DNA of 63,448 bases, counting the filler, from Octopus bimaculoides (lineage: Eukaryota), in assembly GCF_001194135.2 (NCBI RefSeq). It is 5 parts of 5 records of this genome, joined end to end, with 100 filler letters (N's around TTAATTAATTAA, not from the genome) between each part and the next. Parts side by side here need not be neighbours in the genome. Positions count along the whole stretch, not along the records: positions 1 to 28,365 come from NC_068982.1; 4 more parts are not named here. One strand, 5' to 3'. Positions 1 to 11,345 of this stretch are shown piece by piece (position 1 is the first letter of the stretch; each line of letters starts with the position of its first letter). A program made the position numbers and the translations under genes. The notes beneath the pieces were generated by a model. The model was not told the DNA's origin. It made no database searches and saw nothing but the letters and a program-made list of their open reading frames with translations.

Positions 1-190
1 GACACGTAAAAGCACCCACTACACTCTCTGAGTGGTTGGCGTTAGGAAGGGCATCCAGCTGTAGAAACTCTGCCAAATCAGACTGGAGCCTGGTGTTGCC
101 ATCCGGTTTCACCAGTCCTCAGTCAAATCGTCCAACCCATGCTAGCATGGAAAGCGGACGTTAAACGATGATGATGATGATGATGATGAT
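1..190 (+). mobile_element. RTE LINE-derived 3' end repeat with (GAT)n tail
   Basis: Same motif set (ggaagggcatccagctgtagaaa...ccaacccatgctagcatgg...gatgatgat) recurs many times; longer copies at 33.9k and 48.3k continue into RTE ORF2 C-terminal coding sequence. Confidence 0.85.
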
Positions 191-719
191 GACATTTACT
201 AAACAAGGCAAAAGTCACCAAACTCAGTTTATTACCTCGTCAGAACTGAATTAGAGCAATATAACACATATGTACATGTGTGGTCCTTTTTTTAAAAAGA
301 CATCTTCAAGTCAAGAAGGACAGCAGTACCTACAACCCTTTACAAGACCTCCAAACCTGGTAGGAGGTTAGGGGAAGCTTATCTTTTAATCGATGACCTG
401 GCCTGAAAGCTTGCCACAAAATGGTCACTGCTAAATGTACACAGAGTGCCAGGGACAGTGATGTGAAACCCAGGTGACAGATTAAATCTACCACCCAAGA
501 AGGCAGTAGCAAAGCCTAAAATCGAAACATTACAGCTTCAGTAACTAAGTCCATACCACACTTTGATCAGGCAATGTTGAACCTAATACCAATCAGTAAA
601 TATCCATTCGACCAGCTCCTACAAGATCATGGAGGGTTACAAGCTCAGAACACAAAGCCATAAAATTAACATAAGGCTCCCAGTCCATTTCTGTAGTTCT
701 GCCAATTTGCCGCACTAGA

Positions 720-850
720 TTACTACTTTTTTCATCAACCCTGAAAGGAGAGAAGACAAAGTTGACTTTGGAAGGATTTGAACTCAGACCACAGACCATT
801 AGAATTAATATAATGAAACATTCTATCCAACACTAACAACTCAGTTGATT
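720..850 (-). mobile_element. Degenerate tRNA-derived SINE (family of 62744-62957)
   Basis: gaaagg...caaagttgactt...atttgaactcag matches the intact copy. Confidence 0.6.
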
Positions 851-924
851 TACTGCTTTTATGCCCATCATAAGCAAAAAGTCCAGTAGCTTATTAATTC
901 AATGTGTAAAGATGAAGAACAAGC

Positions 925-1105
925 CATGTAAAAATGCACCCGGGATACTCTGTAAAATGGTAAGCATTAGGAAGGGTACCCAACTGTAGAAATCATGCCA
1001 AAACAGACGACTGGGGGCTTTGTGCAGCACTCTGGCTTGACACCTCTTGTCAAGATATCCAATCCATGCCAGCATAGAAACAGACATTAAATGATGATAC
1101 AAATG
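925..1105 (+). mobile_element. RTE-derived 3' repeat, degenerate
   Basis: Homologous to 1-190. Confidence 0.7.
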
Positions 1106-1378
1106 CTGCTACTGCTGATGACGATGAATTGATGGCAAAAGGGCATCTAGACATTGACTACTGCCTGAAGAAGTCTTGGCCATTCTAGCATGGAAAAAAC
1201 AGACATAAAAATGATGAGGAGGTTTATGATGATTTTATTGTTTTATAGGTTTCATATAAGTTACTTGCCATAAGGCTTATACTGTGATCAGGAGACATAA
1301 CACAGTGTTAGTGGAAAGGTTAGATAGAACCCAATAAACTTTAAGTTACTGGTGTAAGTGTACATGTGTGTTTAATAC

Positions 1379-1570
1379 AGCATCATCATCATCATTTAAT
1401 GTCCGCTTTTCCGTGCTAGCATGGGTTGGACAATTTGACAGGAGCTGGCGAGGCCAGGCACCACACAAGGTTCCATAGTTGGTCTTGGCATAGTTTCTAC
1501 CACTGGATACCCTTCCTAATACAAACCACTTTACAGAGTGTACTAGGTACTTTTCATGTGGCACCAGCAT
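1379..1570 (-). mobile_element. RTE-derived 3' repeat
   Basis: Reverse complement of the 1-190 family, (CAT)n at the left end. Confidence 0.8.
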
Positions 1571-1658
1571 TTCTTAAGTGACAATTAAGAAAAATAAACT
1601 GAATTGTCAAAAACAATCATTTAGCCATTCAATAAATACAGATCAATAAAATAATTAC

Positions 1659-1992
1659 GGAGATGTACTTGCATAGCAAGTGACCTGATCTGAGATCGTG
1701 TGTTGGAATGAAAACAAATGCAGCGTGGAAGGTGTTTAAGTCTTATTGACATCTTAATGATGTTAGAGAGGATTTTAATAATTCAAAGGAGATTTGGTTG
1801 TTGTATCTAGTAGATCAAACAACTTTTTAGAGGCCTTCTCAATGGTTTGTCTTCTATATGCTGAATTTTGTCAGTGAACAGGTCGCAGTCTCAAAGCGAT
1901 GAAAATATTTTGGCAAATTAAATTTAAATGTTGAAGTGAATCTAACGGTTTTTGTGTGTTTCTTAAATGGCTTATAAACACCTTCCACGCTG
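1659..1992 (+). mobile_element. Probable Penelope-type pseudo-LTR insertion with 5' inverted tail and TSD
   Basis: Direct repeat aataaaataattac at 1645-1658 and 1994-2007; perfect 20-bp inverted repeat 1719-1738/1975-1994; contains a hammerhead-like motif. Confidence 0.6.
1867..1917 (+). ncRNA. Minimal type I hammerhead ribozyme-like motif with G3-C8 covariant core
   Basis: Stem I tttgtca/tggcaaa, core GTGAACA, stem II gtcgc/gcgat, GAA, palindromic stem III AATATT, H17=U. Confidence 0.65.
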
Positions 1993-2458
1993 CAATAAAA
2001 TAATTACCAAACCAAAATAAGTACAGAGGCTGATATGACCAACTAAGACTTTTGAAAGTAGAGCTCCACCATGATCACATTTAATCACTGAAACCAGTAA
2101 AAAGTTAAAAGAGAATATTTCCAGTGGGTCAAGTGATAATATTAAGATTCTATCCTTATCTCATAATATATGAAGCAGATACTATAAGAGAAGGCATTAA
2201 TTGTCTTAACCAACATAACATCGTTTAAATCCTATTTCTAAGGATGGCAGGGAAGTTGTTTAGATCTGATTTAGTTGCTACTGGCACTGTGATTCTTTAC
2301 AACATAAAGGCTCTCTTCACTAGCTTGTATAATGAAAGATTAGATTAAGGGCGAAGTGTGTATGTGTGAGGGTGGCTTAGGGTAAAAAGGTTAACAGCAG
2401 ATCAGGAGGAATTAAATTTAGAGAAAATGGGAGTGAAAATAGAAAGAGTAAAAAAAGC

Positions 2459-2461
<3 letters not shown>

Positions 2462-2550
<89 letters not shown>
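2462..2550 (+). repeat. (GA)n microsatellite
   Basis: Pure dinucleotide run. Confidence 0.98.
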
Positions 2551-2553
<3 letters not shown>

Positions 2554-3139
2554 TGTGTGTGTGTGTACGAATATGTGTTAAAACAAATATACAGATGCAG
2601 GGACCAAGTGACCAAATTTCAAGAATCAAAAGATGCCTTATCAAAATGGTGAAATTCTAGATGTTTTATGAACAAGGTGGTTGGAAAAAGAAACAAAACT
2701 TTTCTTTTTCTTTTTATTTGTTGTTTTTCTTTTTATATTTTTCTTGTATTGATTTTGTTTAGGAGGTGGATGTGAGTAGAGGTGTCAGGAAAGGGTTGGT
2801 TAAGATTTATTTGCAAAATAGAATTGCTAGAGAATTTGGGGTTTTTTGAATAAACAAACCAAACCTTATCTTAGCTGGACTAATGTTGGAAAGAACAAGT
2901 AGAAATGTGTAGAAATATATATGGCAGCTTGTGCCGGGGACAGGAAAAAATAAAGAAAAACAAACAAGCAAAAAAACACAACTTACTGTGTATAGCAATT
3001 ACAGTGACAAAACTTAGTGAAACAAAAAATAGCACCAATGGTGATAAGAACAACAGCAGCAACAATAAATACAACAATGATAACAAGAAAATCTGCTGTG
3101 AACAACAACCAATTTAACAACAACAGCAATAGCAACAAC

Positions 3140-3570
3140 ATCATCACCATCATCGTTTTTATGTCCGCTTTTCCATGCCTGCATGGATTGGATGGAATCT
3201 TGTTGAAACAGATTTTCTATGGCTGGACATCCGTCCTGTCGCCAATCTTTCGCTTTTTCCAAGTATGATAATATTTTCCTATGACCATACATGTTTCCAT
3301 CGAATATTTGGAAGGAAGGACACTATTTGCATGGTGGTGGTACTCAGCTGAAACTATCACATGATGTCAACACAAGGAAACACCAACACACACACACACA
3401 CACACGACAAGCTTCTTTCAGTTTCTGTCTACCAAATCCATTCACAAGGGTTTGGTTGATTCAGGGCTATAGTAGAAGACGCTTGTCTAAGGTGCCATGT
3501 AGTGGACTGAACCCAGAAACATGTGGTTGAAAAAATAAACATTTTACCAGACAACCATGCGTGCACCTAA
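3140..3570 (-). mobile_element. CORE-like SINE variant with RTE-type 3' tail
   Basis: SINE head and core at 3400-3570, (CA)n, then alternative 3' half ending in the RTE-like tail; same layout at 19470-19875 and 46030-46412. Confidence 0.65.
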
Positions 3571-3834
3571 CAGTAAATATACAGAATTGTTTAAGACAGG
3601 TAGGAAGACTGAACTTCAGAAGAGAGTATAAGTTGATACTATTGATCCCAGTAACTTATTGGTACCTTATTCTATCGAGTCTAGAGTGATGAAAAGGAAG
3701 GGTATTTTTGGCAGGATTTGAACTCTCAAACATAAAGGGCTGGAAGAAATATCACAAATCATATTGTCCAGTTTTTTAAACCAACCCATCATGATACAGT
3801 TAGTATATAAAATTCTTTCTAATTTGGGCAGACA

Positions 3835-3992
3835 ACATGAAATTTTGGGGGAAGTGAAGCAGTGGTACTTACTCTATAGATCTTGAAAGGATGAAGAGCA
3901 AGGTCAACCAAGGTGGAATTTGAACACAAAGCTGGAAGAATGCCACTATGCATTTTCTCCAGCATGCTAATGACTCCATCAGCTTACCACCT
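3835..3992 (-). mobile_element. Degenerate tRNA-derived SINE (family of 62744-62957)
   Basis: Homology to the intact copy. Confidence 0.6.
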
Positions 3993-4000
3993 TAGTAAGT

Positions 4001-4160
4001 ATATTAAAAATGGTGGAAGGCCAGTTTACGGGATTACCAGTTTACGGGATTAGGTTTCCTGTCCATAAAGGGTTTAGCTTTATGACATGTCGTCAGATCC
4101 CAAAAATGGGATGGGAAACCTAAGGTAATCCTATAAACTGGCCTTCCCCATTTTTAATAT
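4001..4160. mobile_element. MITE with ~37-bp terminal inverted repeats
   Basis: atattaaaaatggtggaaggccagtttacgggattacc vs ggtaatcctataaactggccttccccatttttaatat; TA flanks; internal 16-bp tandem duplication 4021-4052. Confidence 0.7.
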
Positions 4161-4218
4161 ATACTACTCTACATCTTAGAGTATGCTTTTTCTTTCAGAT
4201 TAATGTTTTCTACAAACG

Positions 4219-4267
<49 letters not shown>

Positions 4268-4282
4268 AACACACACACACAA

Positions 4283-4545
4283 ATGATCGAGACCTTTGGC
4301 AATTTGCTGTGCTTGAGAAGACTCGCCAAGCCAAGTGAAATCATAATTGTGGACAATGCTGGTGACACATAAAAGGCACTCACTACACTCATGAAGTGGA
4401 TGGCTTTAGGAAGGGCATCCAGCTGTAGAAACCAAGCCAAATCAGATTGGAACCTGGTACAGCTCTCCGGCTTACCAGTTCCAGTAAAACTGTCTAACCC
4501 ATACCAGCATGCAAAACAGATGCTAAATGATGATGATGATGATGA

Positions 4546-4548
<3 letters not shown>
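4283..4548 (+). mobile_element. RTE-derived 3' repeat
   Basis: Includes last RTE codons (gacctttggcaatttgctgtgcttgagaagac) plus 3' UTR and GAT tail. Confidence 0.8.
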
Positions 4549-4627
<79 letters not shown>

Positions 4628-4629
4628 CT

Positions 4630-4830
4630 GCATGTGTATCGTTGGCGATTTTCTTTCTCCGTCTTCCCTTCCTTGGACTTTTTCTACATTTCTGATGAAG
4701 AGCTTCGCTCAAAACGTGAAATCCTCTTTCTTTTCTTTCCTTTCCTGAGCATCCAATAACACTGTACTTATTTCACGTCCTCACGTTGTTGCTTTTCCTT
4801 GTTTTTTCTTGCTTGTTCATGTTTGAATTG
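4630..4830 (+). mobile_element. Pyrimidine-rich HHR-bearing repeat module (family B)
   Basis: Homologous to minus-strand copy at 52600-52872 (shared start ttggcgatttt and cctgagcat). Confidence 0.65.
4688..4722 (+). ncRNA. Degenerate minimal hammerhead motif
   Basis: attt CTGATGA a gagc-ttc-gctc AAAAC gtg aaat; G12>A and H17=G predict inactivity. Confidence 0.6.
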
Positions 4831-4832
4831 AC

Positions 4833-4869
<37 letters not shown>

Positions 4870-5550
4870 GCACACTAAACAACTAGAACCACATTACCTA
4901 CCTACCTATCTACCTAACTAGTGACCTACCCAAACCATCCCTGATTGCTCCTGTTTGGTAGCATAATTTGCCAGAAAATCGAGATAAGGATAACCTCACT
5001 AACTGACTTGGTTTTATATCATTGACTACACTGTATTTCTTCTCCTCTACCTACCCCTTATTTAACCTCTCCTTCTATTCCTCTCCCCCCCTCTTCTATC
5101 TGTGTCTATCTGACTTTCTCTAAAATGTTCTTTATGCTTCTCACTTTCCTCACTCGCTCAACAAATGTGACCTTTCTCCAAAATTTGTTTCTTTTATAAT
5201 CTTTTATAATTTTCTCATTTAGTTTTTTTGTTTTTTGGTCTTTTGTTAAAATTTGTTTTCAGTTGGAAAGGAAGGCATCTATAGTAAATAAAATAAACAG
5301 GAAAAAAAAACATAAAATAACCCTCGATATATATATATATATATATATAAATAAAAAGAGTGGTGAAGAAGATGGTGGTAGTAGGGCGATTTGATAACTA
5401 AAACATTCCAGCACAAGCTGACAATAGAGTCGTTCTAGAACACAAGCAAAATGTGTGCAAAATTTGGAAATCATTTACTGGTGCAATACATATATAAAAT
5501 ATATATATAGAGAGAGAGGCTGGGGAGAAAACGAGACTGTAATATATGCA

Positions 5551-5597
<47 letters not shown>

Positions 5598-6471
5598 TAA
5601 TAACTATAAATGAACTAATGTTTTCAAAATTCTTTAATCTGAGTTCAGGGCTGTCACTAATTTTTAAATAATCAACAACACAAAAGCCAGGGTATACAGC
5701 TGTAGATGCTTCACTTCTTTTATTGATATTATAATCAACTTTATACATACTGTATTTTTTCCTAATGTTTGTATAAACAAGGGGAAAAAGACATGTTTAT
5801 ATTATATATATATATATGGCTGTGTGTGTATGCTTATTTATGTTTAACAAGAAAAAGAATCTTTTTGAAAATCAGTCTGTTAATAATAACATTTTGGAGA
5901 TTTCAAATATAAGTAAATTTGATAGTAATTGAATAACTACAGTAAAAAGTTTTTAAAAAAAATATTTCGCATGTAAAAATTGGATATTATTATTTTTTAA
6001 ATAATGCTTCTGTCTGTCTGTCACTCCCTCTCAACTAGCTTGGTCTTCTTTTTCTCTTTTCATCTTGATAAATTTTGTTAATTCCATTTTAGTAGAATGC
6101 AATTCAAGAATGCATTTAATTATAAAGCATGCTGACAGAAAATTATTTCAGTAAGATGAGTATATCTAAATGTATATATGTGTGTGTATGTAAGTGTATA
6201 TATGTGTGTGTGTGTGCATGTGTGTATTATGATTAATTTACTTACACTTCAATCTTTTTGTTTATTCATTGTTTAAAAAAAGAGAAGGAAATCAAAAGAG
6301 AAACTCGAACACGACTTATACATCAAAATTAAGTTGTACATAATCTTACATAATCTTAAGATTGGTACCAGTGGCGGTGACGCCTAAGTTCTTCATACAG
6401 TCATGTGCATTTAATAATTTATTTGCAGAATAAAAAAATGATGTTGTTTTCCAAACCTTATTTTAAGAACT

Positions 6472-6610
6472 ATGTACTGGGTTGTTCGGAACTTCTTGCA
6501 TTTGGTCACTAGAGTCTGGGATAATCTTTTGGGAAACTTTTCTTCAGTACAAATCATTAAAAAAAAAAAATGGATTTCAAACTTTCATTCATCCATTCAA
6601 GAGTTGAGTA
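6472..6610 (+). mobile_element. Mariner-like transposon relic
   Basis: TIR-like tactgggttgttcggaa followed by HLVTRVWDNLLGNFSS, resembling mariner C-terminal HLF.SL.N.L.GK.F. Confidence 0.45.
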
Positions 6611-6717
6611 TGTATCTGAGCAACACCTCTTCATTACTCCTTCAATGTCACAAAGGACAATAGACTGGCTTACTGATTTCTTTCTCTGAGACACAAATAA
6701 ATGAGGCTATTGTCATC

Positions 6718-6756
<39 letters not shown>

Positions 6757-6957
6757 CATGTCTGTGTGATTAAGAAGTTTGCTTCTCAGCCAAGTGGCTT
6801 TGAGGTCAGTCCAACAGTGCAGTACCTTTGGCAAATGTCTTCTATTATAACCTTGGGTTAACAAACTAATAACTTGTGAGGAAATTTGGTAGATGGAAAC
6901 TGAAAGAAGCCTGTTGTATGAAAGTGTATGCTTGTGTTTGTGTTTTGTGTCTGCTTA

Positions 6958-7361
6958 TACTCTTTACTCTTTTACTTGTTTCAGTCATTTGACTGCGGCC
7001 ATGCTGGAGCACCGCCTTTAGTCGAGAAAATCGACCCTAGGACTTATTCTTTGGAAGCCTAGTACTTATTCTATCGGTCTCTTTTTGCTGAACAGCTAAG
7101 TTACGGGGACATAAACACACCAGCATCAGTTGTCAAGTGATGGTGGGGGGACAAACACAGACACACAAACACACATGCATATATATATACATATATACGA
7201 CGGGCTTCTTTCAGTTTCCGTCTACCAAATCTACTCACAAGGCTTTGATCGGCCTGAGGCTATAGTAGAAGACACTTTCCCAAGGTGCCATGCAGTGGGA
7301 CTGAACCTGGAACCATGTAGTTGGTAAGCAAGCTACTTACCACACAGCCACTCCTGCGCCT
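6958..7361 (-). mobile_element. Full-length tRNA-derived CORE-like SINE
   Basis: A/B-box head (tggctgtgtggtaag...ggttcagtcc), CORE-like accttgggaaagtgtc, central microsatellite, (aaagagta)n tail. Confidence 0.9.
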
Positions 7362-8654
7362 ATATCTTGGCCTTACACAATAGTTGTAAGCAAGTGTCGC
7401 TATCATACAACTGGTGTTGTGTTGTTTATTTCTAATCTGTGAAGACATGTTTGGCCATGGGAAAATGTATTGCCTATAAACAGGTGAGAGTTGCTAACAG
7501 GAAGGGCATCTGGCCATAGAAAATCTACAGCAATGAATCATCTCATTTTTACTCAGTGCAAAGCATAGAAAAGTGAACATTAAAACAAAGATGGTGCGGA
7601 GATGATGCTAATCACACACGCACACACACCCCCTATGTGTGCATGTGTGTGACTGATGATCCCACTGTTTGTGGTTGGGCTGCAACTAGTAATGTCTTTT
7701 GATATTTCCTGTCAGCAAATTGGTCATTAGCTTTGCACATCTAAATTCCTCTGCAATAAGAAACTCTTACTTCAAAAACATATAAGAGTTCTAACAAAAG
7801 GGGAAGTCTTAACTTCTTTCTGTCTAAGCAATGCTAGGGTAAAAAAAAAAAAACTAGTCATGCTAGTGCAAAAAAACTGTCAAACAAAATGACTAAACAA
7901 GCACAAACAAAAGCCAAATAACACCTAAAGCAGTAGGAATGTTTTTAAAGCAAATTTCAAATAAAGAGAGTTACAGCTGGCATAGGCAAGGTATTGGTCA
8001 AAGGATCAAAAGTTTCTTTCTTCCTAATGGTGTAGCACTGTGTCCAGGAACCAGTAGACATAGCTGTATGTAGGTATCACAGTGTTGTTTAATTTTAGGC
8101 CAGCTCTTATCAAGTAGACTATGATCAAGGATGTTCATATAGTTTCATTTTCAACCACAGTGTACATAGGACTACATTATCCAATGCAGCATTCTTCTTT
8201 TAAAATGATGAGGTGTGATTTGAAGGAGATTTAGCCGCTATTTCCAGTATGTTGAGAAACAGCAGAAAGCAGGCATAGGTAACCCTTTTCAAGAAGCAAG
8301 CCACATGAGACATGGTTCATCATCAGGTAGCTTGCACTACCAAAAAAAATTAAAGGAAATTTTTCATTAAGTATGCCATTCAGAGAATGTCCTACGGACA
8401 GCATGTGGCCAGTAGGCTGCAGGTTGGCCACGACTGGCATGGAAGTGAGCTTCTTGATCAATTGTTGCTGATAGTAGTTGTTCAGCCCTATTTCAGTATT
8501 AGCTGAACACACCAATAATCAAATGTATTCCATCCTATCTTCTTTTTTTTCAAGGCAAAGTGTATCTTGGACTACATCAACCAATGTACATTATTTTTAT
8601 TATTTAAGAATCGAGATTCTATAAACCAAGGTGCCATACAAAAAGCATTGCTGT

Positions 8655-8870
8655 GGGTGCTGATGTCACATAAAAAGCACTGTTGCCATGTAAACAACAC
8701 CCAGTACACTCTGTAGAGTGGTTGGCATAAGGAAGAGCATCCAGCCGTAGAAACCAAGCTAAAACTGACTATGGAATCCAGGGTGGCCCCCTGGCCTTGC
8801 CAGTTCCTGTTAAACTGTCCAACCCATGCCAGTTTGGAAAACAGACATTAAATATTGATGATGATGATGG
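8655..8870 (+). mobile_element. RTE-derived 3' repeat
   Basis: Homology to 1-190. Confidence 0.75.
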
Positions 8871-9257
8871 TGATGAAGAAGAAGTTAAGATTTAATCTGA
8901 GGAAGATTTGCTAGCTATTTCTAGGAGGTCAATCAACCACTTAGAAGCTCATTTGTTGAGTCATATGACTGATAAAATTTTATGTAAGGGTAGGGTATAT
9001 GAAATAGGAACATTTAATTTTATGAAAAAATATTTGTTTGGATAAATAGAAATTCCTGGGGAGAAAAAAGAGCAAGGAAACTCTATAGCATGATGGAAAG
9101 AGAAATGTATGAATCTTAAACTTGTTGACTACAAAATGGAGATATATTCTGTATTTCATAGAAAGAAAATCAATTAATTAAAAATAAATAAATAACAAAT
9201 ATCTCACTTTCTTACAAAACAAGGAAAATATATAAATATGTGTGTATGTGTGTGTGC

Positions 9258-9303
<46 letters not shown>

Positions 9304-9974
9304 TGTTTGTGTATGTGTATATATATGTGTGTATGTATGTACATACATATGTACATTCATACACACACACACACACGTTAAGTGAATTAATAAGTAAATA
9401 AATACATAAGCACGTAAATACATGAAAACAGAGAAAGGTTGAGAAAACATACAAGGAAAGAGAAGACAAGTGAAGAAAAGTGTCACCTAACACCAATCCC
9501 ACAAACATCATCATAGACAGTTACTTGCCCTGCAAGAAATAGCAGTTGAATATCCACCATAACACACCCCACCAGTCTTAGGAATAGAAACAATACATTA
9601 AACAGTGTAGTCTTAGATGCTGATTAAAAGATAGAATGGTCAAGGCTGGAGTGATGCTTTTGATCATATGTGTGCACAATTAGGGTTGACTTGGGGTTAA
9701 ATATCAATGAAAGCAACTTGAACGAAAGAGTAAGCAAAGATGGCAAACAAGCAGGCATGGGTGTGGGGTAAGAAGCTTATTTCCTAATCACATGGTTCCA
9801 GGTTCAGTCCTACTGTGTGGCACCTCTTATTCTATCGATCACTTCCGCTGAACTGCTATGTTATGGGGACATAAACAAACTGACACCAGTTGTCAAGTAA
9901 CGGTAGGGGACAAACATATTCACAAGCACATAAATATATATATGCATGCCTGCCTGCCTGTCTGTCTATCTATC

Positions 9975-10225
9975 TATCTATCTTCTCTTCTCTTCTCAAG
10001 ACAAAAGGCTCAAATAATTGAGCTGCTGCAGCCCTCCACCCATGTCTAACTTGTGCCAGTCTGCACAGTTCTGCAAAGCTTCCATCACCAGTTTCTTTGA
10101 TGTTCTTACTAAATCTGGTTTTGGGTCTTCTTCTTGTTCTGACATATGCTGCACCTTTAAACAGGAACTTGTGAAGGTCTTGTCTTCTAAGTATATGGCC
10201 AGTGAAGGTCCATTTTCTTTTGATG
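9975..10225 (-). mobile_element. RTE-clade ORF2 C-terminal fragment inserted into a SINE
   Basis: KRKWTFTGHILRRQD...RRRPKTRF...CRLAQVRHGWR matches RTE C-terminal W.GH..R / RP..R / A.DR..WR motifs; SINE halves flank it at 9820-9930 and 10240-10380. Confidence 0.65.
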
Positions 10226-10767
10226 GTAGACACACACAAGATGGACTACTTTCAGTTTCCATCTACCACATCCACTTACAAGGACTATAGTAGAAGACAC
10301 TTGCCCAAGGTGCCATGTAGTGGGACCGAGCCTGGAACCATGTGGATGGGAAGCAAACTTATTACCACACAACTACCCCTGTTCCTATATTTATGTCTGC
10401 TTTTTTGTGCTGGCATGGGTTGGATGTTTTTTTTTTTGAGACAGCATTTTATTGCTAGATACATTTTAGTAAATTAATTGACCCCAACATCTGCCACCAG
10501 GTGAGGGTTGGTGACAGGAAGGGCATCCACCCATAGAAAACCTACTTCTACAAGTCCTACCTGACTCATGCAAGTATGGAAAAGTGGATGTTAAATGATT
10601 ATATATATAACACACACTATATTTGCTCTGAGTAATACACTTCCTCATCACTCTTGCTTCTAGAAATGCAGTGAACCAGTGAAATATTGAATGGAAGGCA
10701 GTGTGTGTGTGTATGCGTGGGTGTTTGTGCCTATATGTATATAAAAAAAAAAACACAGTTATATCTA

Positions 10768-10907
10768 ATACAGTTCTATATTTAAGAGATGAGGAATTAT
10801 GTACATTATTTACATATGCCCACGGGAACATGGCGTAGTGGTTAAGAGCGCGGGCTACTAACCCCAAGATTCTGAGTTTGATTCCAGGCAGTGACCTGAA
10901 CAATAAC

Positions 10908-10957
<50 letters not shown>

Positions 10958-11111
10958 TAACATCGAAAAATACCTTAGGAATGAGAACCCAGGTTTGAAA
11001 TTTCCCCAAGACACCTGAAGAAGGCTGGAGGGTATATCAGCCGAAATGTTGTGTTAACAACAAACAAGATGAGGACAAATATCCATCGAATGTAAATAAT
11101 GCAACTAATGT
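10768..11111 (+). mobile_element. Non-autonomous Penelope pseudo-LTR copy (tRNA-like head, (AAT)n, HHR) with inverted 5' tail and 13-bp TSD
   Basis: TSD acagttatatcta 10755-10767 and 11112-11124; 10776-10815 is the exact reverse complement of the tail seen at 23796-23835. Confidence 0.85.
11010..11055 (+). ncRNA. Minimal type I hammerhead ribozyme (family A), core intact
   Basis: gacac CTGAAGA a ggctg-10nt-cagcc GAAAT gtt gtgtt. Confidence 0.8.
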
Positions 11112-11174
11112 ACAGTTATATCTACTTCTACAATATTTTTTCATATTAAGGATATTCACCACTTGGTACTGTTG

Positions 11175-11345
11175 TTGTCAGTATGTCAGGCAAAATGCTT
11201 AGCAGCATTATGTCTGTCCTTACATCCTGAGTTCAAATTCCGCCTGGGTCCACTCTGCCTTTCATCCTTTCAGGGTCACTAAAATAAAGTACCTGTTCAA
11301 CACTGGGGTCAATGTGACTGAATTACCCCCACCCCCTGAAATGTA
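11175..11345 (+). mobile_element. tRNA-derived SINE (family of 62744-62957)
   Basis: gagttcaaattcc B-box, ctttcatcctttcagggtc...cactggggtc. Confidence 0.7.

Noticed and set aside
590-770. Minus-strand exon with strong acceptor
   Set aside because: The acceptor lies within a SINE (ctgaaagg...caaagttgac) and the peptide has no recognisable homology
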